A DNA stretch of 64,000 nucleotides, taken from the IMG/VR virus record IMGVR_UViG_3300044518_000037, positions 11,808 to 75,807 of that record. One strand, given 5' to 3'. This DNA is from a virus. Taxonomy: Duplodnaviria; Caudoviricetes. The notes under the pieces were generated by a model, which was not told where the DNA came from, did no database searches, and saw only the letters and a list, made by a program, of their open reading frames with translations. This document shows positions 34,324 to 42,635 of this stretch, in pieces. How positions within the stretch are numbered: the stretch's first letter is position 1; every line of letters starts with the position of its first letter. Made by a program: the position numbers and the translations under genes.

Positions 34324-35302
34324 GGGGCTCCTTTCTATGCCGGAAGGGGGGGTAGGCGCTGGTGACCGCGCGGTGGATCTCCTCGTCGGAGGCCATGTCG
34401 CCGGGGTCCTTGGCGGTCGAGTCGGCGTAGTTGAGGAACCGCATCCGGATGCCGCGTGGTCGCCAGGTCCGGTAGAGCTGGTCCCGGGCGGCGCGGCCGG
34501 CGATGTCGTTGTCGAGGGCGAGGACGAGGACGCCGGGGCGCTGGCGCACCAGGCGCATCTGCGCGTTCGAGACGTGGGCGCCGTAGGAGGCGACGCCGCC
34601 GGTGATGCCGGCCGAGGCGAGGCGTACTGCGTCCAGAGGGGATTCGAGGAGGACGGTGACGTCGTCGTACGGGGTGTGGTAGCCGAAGAGAGTGAGGCTC
34701 TTCTTGACCCCGTCGGGGTGGTTACGGAAGTGGCGCTTGTTCTTCTCCTGCCAGCCAAGGAGTTGGCCGGTGGTCGGGTCGCGGATCGGGATGATCCAGC
34801 GGCTGTTGCGTGGGTCCCACAGGACGCCGTAGAGGGCACACGCCTCGGCGGTGAGGTGGCGCTCGGCCAGGGCCTCGGGCGGGGGCGCGACAAACAGGGC
34901 CAGGGACGCCTCGTTCACTGTGACCGGCTCGATCGGCGGCTTCTGCTCGTCGTCGGCCGGCTGGAGCCGATAGATGCCCTGGCGGGCGATCCAGCGCAGC
35001 GCGTCGTCGCGGCCGATGCCGAGGACGTCAGCAGCGAGTTGGACGAACGGGCCGGCGTACTGGCAGCTGAAGCAGATGAAGGCGCCGCTCGTGGTGCTCA
35101 CCCAGAAGCTCGGGTGGCGGTCCTCGCTGCCGGTCCTGGCCTTGTGCATCGGGCAGCGGGCCTGGACCTCGGAGCCGCCGGAGGGGCGGTCAACGGTGCG
35201 CAATGCCGTCATGCCGAGGCGCTGGAGCGCTGCTGGCACGTCGGACGGAACAGGGTTGGAGTAGGCCGTGAGGAGGTCCCAGCCGCTAGTACGGGAGTGC
35301 AT
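34211..35302 (-). CDS. dnaG: DNA primase (CHC2 zinc finger plus Toprim); the C-terminal tail may be a homopolymer read-through
   Basis: CPMH...PSF...CFSC, ESPLDA, LDND.AG, KDPGD. Confidence 0.9.
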   Translation of the reverse strand: MHSRTSGWDLLTAYSNPVPSDVPAALQRLGMTALRTVDRPSGGSEVQARCPMHKARTGSEDRHPSFWVSTTSGAFICFSCQYAGPFVQLAADVLGIGRDDALRWIARQGIYRLQPADDEQKPPIEPVTVNEASLALFVAPPPEALAERHLTAEACALYGVLWDPRNSRWIIPIRDPTTGQLLGWQEKNKRHFRNHPDGVKKSLTLFGYHTPYDDVTVLLESPLDAVRLASAGITGGVASYGAHVSNAQMRLVRQRPGVLVLALDNDIAGRAARDQLYRTWRPRGIRMRFLNYADSTAKDPGDMASDEEIHRAVTSAYPPFRHRKEPHDHPPAQRSSSARSSTARTVPAKPELVRDRRRDRRHS

Positions 35303-36530
35303 CCAGCACCCCCTCAGGAGCCTCCTCGAACGACGGTGGATCGTAGGAGATCGAGAGCAGCGTTTCCTGCGGGAAGGCGGCGTGTCGGGCGATAAGGAGC
35401 TTCATGCGCGAGGTGGACTCGTCTTCCTCGGTCGGCTCCAGGCCGATGAGGAAGTCCGCATCCATGGCCCATGCAGAGGTGTAGCCGAGGGAGTACGGGC
35501 CGAGGCCGTCCTTGCCCAGCTTGTGGGGGAGACTCTGTGTTGTGTACACGACTGGGATGTCGTTGTTGAGCGCCAGCATCTTCAGGCCGTGGCTGATGTT
35601 CGTGAGCGCCATCGGCGTGTTCGACTCTTTGGTGATTTCGTCGAACAGGAAGTAGGCGCCGTCGATGTAGACGATGTCGGGCGATATCTTGTCGATCTTC
35701 GACTGGATGCCGGAGATGGTCATGGTTCCGGCCCGGTCCTCGGTGAGGATGAGCGACTTGTCGTCGTGCTCCGCGAGCAGCTCCTTCTCCAGTCGACGCC
35801 AGTCGCGTTGGGGGACCTGGCCGGTTAGCAGGTCGTTCGGATTGATCTGCACGTGAAACCCATCGAGGCGGCGGGCGATCTCCAGGTACGGCATTTCGAA
35901 GGAGAGAGCCAAGGGCTTGGCGCCGGATTCGAAGGCGGCGCGGAGCATGATCAGCATCAGGCTTGTCTTCTTGGACTTGGCCAGCCCTGTCAACCCGATC
36001 ACGTGCTGGCGCTGTTGCCCACGTGTGATCCTGTCCAGGAAGCGGACCCCAGTTGGGATGCCGAGCATCTGCGAGGGGTTTTCGCGGGCCTGCCGGTAGA
36101 CCTCAAGGCGCTGCGAACCTGTCCTCGCGAAGTCGATCTCCTGGGAGGTACTGGTGGCGAGGGTCGCCTGGGTGTGCATGGCGCGCAGGATGCTGAGTGC
36201 CGCCTCGGGCCCGCTGTTCTCCAGGGCGTCGCCAGCGGCGCCAAGGCCGAGCTCGACAAGCATGCGCAGCCGCTCGGCGTGTAGCTCCCGGATGAGGTAG
36301 TCCAGGGGGCCGGAGCTGTCGGTGACGAACTGGTGGGTGGGGTGGTCACGCAGGATGACGTCAGCAGTCGGTGCCTCGCCGAAGTCGGCCCGGAAGTCGA
36401 GGATCTCCCTGAAGATCGTCTTGTTGTCCGGGTCGAGGAAATGATCGGCGGTGATCCCGGCGTCGGTGACGGTGGCGAGGTCGCCTGTCGCGGCGATATA
36501 GGAGATTACCTCCTCCTCGATGGTGCTCAC
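35286..36530 (-). CDS. dnaB: DnaB-like replicative helicase
   Basis: IPTG...LD..T.G, SFEM, VYIDG.Y, LK.LA...IPV...Q, DAD; atypical Walker A GLAKSKKT. Confidence 0.85.
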   Translation of the reverse strand: MSTIEEEVISYIAATGDLATVTDAGITADHFLDPDNKTIFREILDFRADFGEAPTADVILRDHPTHQFVTDSSGPLDYLIRELHAERLRMLVELGLGAAGDALENSGPEAALSILRAMHTQATLATSTSQEIDFARTGSQRLEVYRQARENPSQMLGIPTGVRFLDRITRGQQRQHVIGLTGLAKSKKTSLMLIMLRAAFESGAKPLALSFEMPYLEIARRLDGFHVQINPNDLLTGQVPQRDWRRLEKELLAEHDDKSLILTEDRAGTMTISGIQSKIDKISPDIVYIDGAYFLFDEITKESNTPMALTNISHGLKMLALNNDIPVVYTTQSLPHKLGKDGLGPYSLGYTSAWAMDADFLIGLEPTEEDESTSRMKLLIARHAAFPQETLLSISYDPPSFEEAPEGVLDALPY

Positions 36531-36775
36531 TGGATCTCCACTAGGCCGATCGCGTCGCCCTCTTCGATCAAGTCGCCAAGGGCTATGGGGCCGTGGCACT
36601 CGTCCTCCACCACAGGTTCCACGGTGATCTGGGGTACCGGGGTGTCGCCGATCGTCAGCACGACGGCCCAGCCGACGACGGGTACTGCGACGTGCTCGTC
36701 TCCGTAGTCAATGACGGCCCGGTGGTCGACGGTGTCGGGGTGGAGCTGGATGGTCGTGCGGGTGTGCTCGGGCAT
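36527..36775 (-). CDS. Hypothetical protein, 82 aa
   Basis: GGAG RBS; coupled to dnaB. Confidence 0.7.
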   Translation of the reverse strand: MPEHTRTTIQLHPDTVDHRAVIDYGDEHVAVPVVGWAVVLTIGDTPVPQITVEPVVEDECHGPIALGDLIEEGDAIGLVEIQ

Positions 36776-36794
36776 GCGTTTCTCCGTTCAGCGT

Positions 36795-36968
36795 TCAGTG
36801 GCGGTTCTTTCGAGCCGCTCTTTTCTGTGCTCGCCGGGTGGCGCGGTTGGGCCGTGCGGTGCCGCTGTCGGCATCGAACTCGTCGTCTGGGGTGAGGAGT
36901 TCGGCGGTGACGACGTGGGCCTGCCAGGTGACGCCGGCCTTCGGGCCGTGCTCAGGCTTGACGCTCAC
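36795..36968 (-). CDS. Small basic-tailed protein, 57 aa
   Basis: GTG overlaps the upstream stop; PNRATRRA motif. Confidence 0.5.
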   Translation of the reverse strand: MSVKPEHGPKAGVTWQAHVVTAELLTPDDEFDADSGTARPNRATRRAQKRAARKNRH

Positions 36969-37417
36969 AGGAGCCTGCCGATCAGGGCCGCGTCGTGCGG
37001 GGCGACGGTGCGGCCCTTGGAGCCGTAAGTGAATCGGCGCTGCGGATCCGGGTCCGCGATGTACCGGATCCCCGGATCGAGGGCTATGTGGGAGGCGAGC
37101 TGGCTGACCGTGGTGGTGATCAGGCCCCCGCACGGCACGGCGTCCGCCTCCAGCCGCTCGGCGAGTGCGGGAGCGATGCGCTCGCCGAGGTAGGTCACCA
37201 CCACGACGCGCTGGTCCTGGTGCCAAAGCTCCCAGAGCCGGAGCACCGCGAGGTCATGCGTCTCGTACAGGTCCAGGGCGTGGCCGGGGCCTCTGAAACG
37301 CAGGCGGCGGCGGAATCGGGTCGCGGAGTACTGGGCGGTGGGGAGCGCGAGGAGTCCCTCCCAGATGACGTAGATCACTTCGCCATCGGGGGAGTTGGCA
37401 ATGTCACCGTGCTGCAT
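36965..37417 (-). CDS. Second degenerate HAD-like protein
   Basis: IYVIWEGLL, VVVVTY, YIADPDP. Confidence 0.6.
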   Translation of the reverse strand: MQHGDIANSPDGEVIYVIWEGLLALPTAQYSATRFRRRLRFRGPGHALDLYETHDLAVLRLWELWHQDQRVVVVTYLGERIAPALAERLEADAVPCGGLITTTVSQLASHIALDPGIRYIADPDPQRRFTYGSKGRTVAPHDAALIGRLL

Positions 37418-38075
37418 GGCTGCCGCCTCTGAGGTCGGGGCCGAGGAAGGCGAGCAGGCGCGTGGCTTCGGAGACGAAGCTCCGCAGCGCGGGGCTGTAC
37501 CGGTTACGCCAGTGGTCGCCGGTCAAGTTGGTAGTGATGATGGTCGGCTGGCCGTTGGTGAAACGATTCCGCAAGATCGCGGCTAGGGTGTCCTCGGCGA
37601 ACCGGCTTGCGGTGAGGTGCTCGTGGCCGACGTCGTCCAGGACCACCAGGTGCGCGGCGGCGACCCGCGAGACGCTGGCGTGGCAGCGGGCGAGGTGCGC
37701 CGCATCGTCATCGCGGCCGGAGGCGATGTACCGCTCGCGGTCGACGTACTCGGGGTAGCGCACGAAATACACGCTCTTGCGCCACCGGCGGACATCGCAG
37801 GCGAGCGAGGCGGCCATCGTGGTCTTTCCGGTGCCGGGGGCGCCGGCCATGAGCAGGCCCTGACCGTACTCAAGGGGGCGCACCGGGTGGCCGGCGGGAG
37901 TGGTCTTCTGCTGCTCGGGCAAGTGCTGGAGCCACTCGGCTGCTGCACGGAATTCGTCGGACGGGTTGTCCGCGAGGACCGGGTGGCCGAGCCCGAGGTG
38001 GCGGTACCGGCGCGGGATGCCCGTGTCGATCCACAACGCGCGCTCGGGGTCCATGTCGGTGGTGACGCGGAGCAT
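37404..38075 (-). CDS. DnaC/IstB-like AAA+ helicase loader
   Basis: GIPRRY, GAPGTGKT, LVVLDDVG.E, R.R......TIITTNL. Confidence 0.92.
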   Translation of the reverse strand: MLRVTTDMDPERALWIDTGIPRRYRHLGLGHPVLADNPSDEFRAAAEWLQHLPEQQKTTPAGHPVRPLEYGQGLLMAGAPGTGKTTMAASLACDVRRWRKSVYFVRYPEYVDRERYIASGRDDDAAHLARCHASVSRVAAAHLVVLDDVGHEHLTASRFAEDTLAAILRNRFTNGQPTIITTNLTGDHWRNRYSPALRSFVSEATRLLAFLGPDLRGGSHAAR

Positions 38076-38686
38076 CAGGACCCCGCCCCGGGCAGGCCCC
38101 AGGAGGCGGCGAACGCGGCACGCTCGTCCTCGGAGGTCTGGGGCTGGTCCTGCCAGTCCTGGTAGTCCTGCGCCTGGACGGCGGCGCCGCTCTCGCGCAG
38201 CTGCTGAAGCAGGCCCTGGCGCTGCCACTTGAAATCCCAGACGTACGCCTTGTTCGGGGCCCGGCCTCCGAGGCGTTGGAAGTACAGCTCGATCATGGAC
38301 CGGCAGGTGTCGGGCGACACGTCGCTGCGCAGCAACTCGCTGAAGACCCCCACCAGGGCCTTGAAGTTGGACAGTTCGAGGCCGCCGGTCCAGCTGAAGC
38401 TTGGGCACTGGTCGAGGAACGCCTTGGCGAGGCCAGTGGCGGAATCCGCCCGAGGAGTGCGGCCGTTGGTGAGGCGCTTGCGGACCTGGTAGCGGGTGAG
38501 CCGACGCGGGGACTGCTCTTCGTCTGCCGGGCCGTCAGAGCCGTCGCTGCGCCCGTTCTCGGGGTGCCCCATGAGGGCGTGAGCCTGGGTGGTTTGGTCG
38601 AGTTCTGCGTCCGGGTCGTGGTACTTGCGCTTCACGGTTGCGTCCTCGCGGTATTCGGGCCATGTTTTTTGATCTGCAACCGTCAA
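38075..38686 (-). CDS. Putative replication initiator/replisome organiser C-terminal-like protein
   Basis: Directly upstream of and coupled to the helicase loader; function inferred from position only. Confidence 0.55.
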   Translation of the reverse strand: MTVADQKTWPEYREDATVKRKYHDPDAELDQTTQAHALMGHPENGRSDGSDGPADEEQSPRRLTRYQVRKRLTNGRTPRADSATGLAKAFLDQCPSFSWTGGLELSNFKALVGVFSELLRSDVSPDTCRSMIELYFQRLGGRAPNKAYVWDFKWQRQGLLQQLRESGAAVQAQDYQDWQDQPQTSEDERAAFAASWGLPGAGS

Positions 38687-38808
38687 GGTTGCAGAATAGA
38701 GAGACGTAGTCTCTCTATTCCTCTAGCTATTGCTTGAGCTAGAGCTTTAAGCATGAGCATGTGCGCTCGGCATGACAGTTGAGGTGCCAGTTGCGGTGTC
38801 AGTTGCTC
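38672..38808. other. Candidate replication origin: AT-rich palindromes plus three 12-bp iteron-like repeats
   Basis: TCTGCAACC-N5-GGTTGCAGA; GAATAGAGAGAC-GTA-GTCTCTCTATTC; TGACAGTTGAGG/TGCCAGTTGCGG/TGTCAGTTGCTC. Confidence 0.6.
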
Positions 38809-39223
38809 ATTCGCTCTGACTCGCCTGGGACAACTCCTCGTCAAAGGCCGCCCAATGGCGCAGAAGCAGGTGGATTGCGTGGTCCACGATTTCTCCGGGC
38901 GGCATCGCGGCGATGAGTATCTGGATGGGCCCGAAGGCCGAGGTGACCTGGATGTCCGTCACGCGGACGGCCACCTCGGTCGTAGCACCAGCCCAGGCCA
39001 TAACCTTTGCGAGACCAACCTCTTGGAGGTCCGAGACGGCGCGCGCGGTGGTGCGCAGCGAGCAGCCCATCTCATCAGCCAGCTGCATCTGCGTGATGTA
39101 CGCATAGGAGCAGCCGGTCATCTCGTCCAGTCGCGAGTCCGGGTGCGTGATCAGTGCCGTGTAGGCGAGGCGGGCGCGTTCGGGCAGGCGGTTGAGGATC
39201 TGGTCAACGGCGACGGTGCGCAT
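38807..39223 (-). CDS. Winged HTH protein (HTH_36/initiator-like)
   Basis: ITQMQLADEMGCSLRTTARAVSDLQEVGL. Confidence 0.8.
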   Translation of the reverse strand: MRTVAVDQILNRLPERARLAYTALITHPDSRLDEMTGCSYAYITQMQLADEMGCSLRTTARAVSDLQEVGLAKVMAWAGATTEVAVRVTDIQVTSAFGPIQILIAAMPPGEIVDHAIHLLLRHWAAFDEELSQASQSE

Positions 39224-39239
39224 GGCGATCCTCCGGCGC

Positions 39240-40109
39240 TCAGTGGGGAACCCACTGGGTCCGCACGTCCTTCTTTGGGCGCCCTCGGCCTGCCGGGCGC
39301 CAGGTGTTCGTCTCCGGGTCGAAGACCTCCAGGTGGCCCTTGCCACTCTTGTTCGGCGTCGCCTCGGGCCGGGGCGCCAAGGCCGCGCGCGCTGCCAGGA
39401 TCTGCGCGCCGACCTGGCGCACATACCGGTCGAGGTCGGTCGTGATGAGGGCGAGCAGCGACTCCGCCCCGGTCAGAGCTTCCCGTAGGAGCTGCGCACC
39501 CTGGGGGGACAGCGTCACGTCGGGGGTCTCGTCGTCCACGACCAGGGCCATCTGCCCGTCTGGCTGTTCGGTCACCTCGGCGTCGCCGGCCGGCTCCTCC
39601 TGGTCGGGCAGGTCGCGCCAGGTGATCTCCAGCATGGCGCGGGAGAGGTCGTAGACCGGTATGTCCGCACGAAGTGCGGCGGCGGCGACCTCCTGGGCCT
39701 CCTCGTCCACGGCGCCTTCGTCGGAGAGCACCAGCAGCAGCGGGTTCGGCCCGCTGCGCAGCTCCATGATCAGGGCCTCGGCGACTGTCCGGACGGGCTG
39801 CACGTCGTCGAAGCCCTCGACACTGTCGAGGATGTCCTGGGTCTGCGCGCCGTGCGTGCCGTCGTGCAGTGCGGTGAACCCGAGGTCGGCTCGCATGGCC
39901 CAGTCCCAGACGTCTATGAAGGCCGGGGTGTTGTAGCGCTCCCCGACCGGGATGACCGGGCGCGGGTGGAACGTCTCGGAGGGGGTGAAGCAACCGTTCT
40001 CGTCGGCCGGACCGTACTCGAATTGATCGTTGAGCGTGTCCATGATCAGTTCGGTGCTGGCGGCCCCGGTTCCGATGACCCCGACGGTGACAGGTCGAAG
40101 TCCAGTCAT
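39240..40109 (-). CDS. Hypothetical protein with a C-terminal AT-hook-like motif
   Basis: GGAGG RBS; acidic body and terminal GRGRPKK. Confidence 0.75.
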   Translation of the reverse strand: MTGLRPVTVGVIGTGAASTELIMDTLNDQFEYGPADENGCFTPSETFHPRPVIPVGERYNTPAFIDVWDWAMRADLGFTALHDGTHGAQTQDILDSVEGFDDVQPVRTVAEALIMELRSGPNPLLLVLSDEGAVDEEAQEVAAAALRADIPVYDLSRAMLEITWRDLPDQEEPAGDAEVTEQPDGQMALVVDDETPDVTLSPQGAQLLREALTGAESLLALITTDLDRYVRQVGAQILAARAALAPRPEATPNKSGKGHLEVFDPETNTWRPAGRGRPKKDVRTQWVPH

Positions 40110-40250
40110 CTGATCCTCCAATGTGATCGGCGGGTAACGAAACTGATCGTGACCCAGGAGGAACCGGGACGAATCCTCAGACACGGCAATCGAAAATCAG
40201 TTCACTCGAATGGCCCAATGCTGCCCCGAACGGGTGAGAGCCCTTGTGCC

Positions 40251-40580
40251 CTACGGCCAGGGGAAGCGCGAGGGGCCCCCGCCGTGCCGCCGACGCAGCT
40301 GTACCGCCTGGATTTGGCGTTCACTCGAATGGCGGAACGTGGTCACCAGCTGCTCGATGAGTCCCACCAGCGCACCGAGGGCAGCCGGCCAGATCACATA
40401 GTTCGGGGCGTAGCGGTAGCCGGCGTAGGCGAGGGCCAGCACGGCCGCGTACTGCACGGGGGTCCTGACGGCTCCTGGCAGAAGAGCGGTGGCCATGGCG
40501 ACGAGTACGCGTCCGAGGGCGTCCCAGGCGAAGTAAACGGCCAGCGCGAGGACAAGGAACTGAGGCACGGTCATTTCCAC
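40251..40580 (-). CDS. Membrane protein (about 3 TM), holin candidate
   Basis: Hydrophobic segments with a basic C-tail; follows the tail genes. Confidence 0.65.
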   Translation of the reverse strand: MEMTVPQFLVLALAVYFAWDALGRVLVAMATALLPGAVRTPVQYAAVLALAYAGYRYAPNYVIWPAALGALVGLIEQLVTTFRHSSERQIQAVQLRRRHGGGPSRFPWP

Positions 40581-42635
40581 CTATGGAGCTGGGCTGTACA
40601 CGATTTTGTACTGCGCGCCGACGGGTAGGGAGCGCTGGATAGCCTGGTCGAGACGGTATTGGTTGACTGTCCTGCCCCGGTAATAGTGGCTTCGGGAGTC
40701 GCCCGGCAACACGCCTGGAATCGGTTCCCACATGTAGTCGAGGCTCGGATTGTTACCGTCGAAGTACGTGCCCAGTTCCTTGCTTGTCTCGGCCAGGATG
40801 CCGGTGAAGTAGAACTCCAGCGGTCCGATGTTCGGCCAGTTCCCGTTTTGTACGGCGGCCCGGTAGTTCTTGCCGTCGGTGAAGGTGATGATGTCTCCGG
40901 CGCTGTAGGCGCCGGTCGCGCTCCAGGCGCCTCGTGTGGCCGGCAGCGAGGTGACGGACCATATGTTGGGGTTGGGGGTCGGGGGCACGCCTCCGGCGGG
41001 TGGGAAGAGTCTGGCCATGTCGTTTGCGGCATAGCCGATATTCAGGATGGTGGTGCCACCGTACGTGGCGCTGGTGAGCATCGTGACGGTCAGTCGGGTG
41101 TAGGGCTGGGATGAGACGAGCATGGGCGTGGAGGTGCCGCGTATCATGCTGTCTCCATTGTGCGCCCAGATGGTGATCGGGACGGGGCCTTGGACGGGAC
41201 GCACGTAGGCGCTGATGGTTACCCATGTATTCGGGTTGATGCCGGTGATGACGACGCTTTGGTGGGCGTCGGTGCCGATGCCGCACCAGGCGGGGGCGCC
41301 CTGGCCGGTGAGTGCTGCGGTGGGCAGCGACGGGATGAGGAGGTCGCCACAGGCGCCGCCGCTGAGACCGGCTGCGGGGTTGCGGGTGAATGTCGCGTTG
41401 ACGCCCGGGGGCATTCGGGTGTTGTAGCCCCAGGTCGAATTGTAGAAAGCGGGGTTCTGGCAGAAGTTGATGCGCGTGGCCCGGAGCTTGATGAGGAGCT
41501 GTCGCGGCGGCTGCCAGGGGCGGGCCGGACTGGTGCCGGACGCGGACTGGGTGAGCGTTGTGGGTACGAAAATTCTGTGCTCGTCAACGTAGAAAGTGAT
41601 GGAGTTGACCGGGGTGCTGGTGGTGACGACCGGTGCGACCGCTGCCCACACGGTTGTGGGACTGAGTACGGCTTGGTATTGGAGCCTGGTCCACGCGGTG
41701 CCGCCGGACAGCGGCGTGGCGAGTCCGGTGGAGGTGTTCACCAGGTTGTAGCTGGAGTCGTATTCGTAGAGGCGTACGGCGCCTTGGGCGTTCGCCGGTC
41801 CGGCGACTGAGACGCTGGTGACGACGGTCGTTGCGGGGCTGACGCGGGCGTACGCCTGGGGGACGGGGACGACCGCGAAGGTGGAGATGCCGGTGCCGGT
41901 TCCCGCTGGCGCGCCGGGCGGCGCGTTGTAGGCAAGGTCGGAATAGGTGGAGCGCTGGGCGCCGGCGCTCTGGTAGGTCTGCCAGTACTGCACGGTGCTG
42001 TACGTGTTGGATGCGGGGGTGGCGTACGTGTATTTGCCGCTGTACTGGCCGCAGGACGCCGCTGCACTGGTCCGTGCGTAGGTGGCGCCGTTGGGTATGG
42101 CGGTCAGATCGGGCAGATAGAAGCACCGGCCCTCATAGGAGGACTGTTCGATATCGAGCAAGTTGATGCCCGGTCGGTCCACGGTGATGTCGTAACTGCC
42201 GCCGGAGGGGGTCATCTCGAACTGCGCGTAGGCTACCTGCTGAGCCGTGCCGGCGGGCATGGCGTCCGAGTAGATGGTGACCCCGGCGTACGCGGCGCGG
42301 TTGTACAACTGCGGGCCTTGGGCTGGGTAGGGGGTCGGCGCGCTCGCGGTGACTGAGAGGCGCACCCACTGGTTCACGGGGTCGCTGCCGCCGACGCGGG
42401 CCACCGTGCCGACGACATGGCTGAGGGCGGGGTCGGTGTAGTCGCCGCCGCTGGTCATCCACGGGGTGACGCCGAAGTCGTCGAAGGCCCCGGCCAGGAG
42501 GCTGCTGGTGAGTGTGAGCGCGCCGGTGGATGTGGAGTTTCCGCCGGTTGCCGCGAGGGCGATCTGGAGGAGGGTCGGCGTCGCGGTTCCGGTGGAGGTT
42601 GAATTCCCGGAGAACGCAAGAGGGGTGTAGCTCAT
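40581..42635 (-). CDS. Minor tail/tail fibre protein with carbohydrate-binding-like domains
   Basis: T/S/G-rich beta sandwiches; GAWSATGAYSAGDIITF CBM5/12-like motif. Confidence 0.8.
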   Translation of the reverse strand: MSYTPLAFSGNSTSTGTATPTLLQIALAATGGNSTSTGALTLTSSLLAGAFDDFGVTPWMTSGGDYTDPALSHVVGTVARVGGSDPVNQWVRLSVTASAPTPYPAQGPQLYNRAAYAGVTIYSDAMPAGTAQQVAYAQFEMTPSGGSYDITVDRPGINLLDIEQSSYEGRCFYLPDLTAIPNGATYARTSAAASCGQYSGKYTYATPASNTYSTVQYWQTYQSAGAQRSTYSDLAYNAPPGAPAGTGTGISTFAVVPVPQAYARVSPATTVVTSVSVAGPANAQGAVRLYEYDSSYNLVNTSTGLATPLSGGTAWTRLQYQAVLSPTTVWAAVAPVVTTSTPVNSITFYVDEHRIFVPTTLTQSASGTSPARPWQPPRQLLIKLRATRINFCQNPAFYNSTWGYNTRMPPGVNATFTRNPAAGLSGGACGDLLIPSLPTAALTGQGAPAWCGIGTDAHQSVVITGINPNTWVTISAYVRPVQGPVPITIWAHNGDSMIRGTSTPMLVSSQPYTRLTVTMLTSATYGGTTILNIGYAANDMARLFPPAGGVPPTPNPNIWSVTSLPATRGAWSATGAYSAGDIITFTDGKNYRAAVQNGNWPNIGPLEFYFTGILAETSKELGTYFDGNNPSLDYMWEPIPGVLPGDSRSHYYRGRTVNQYRLDQAIQRSLPVGAQYKIVYSPAP

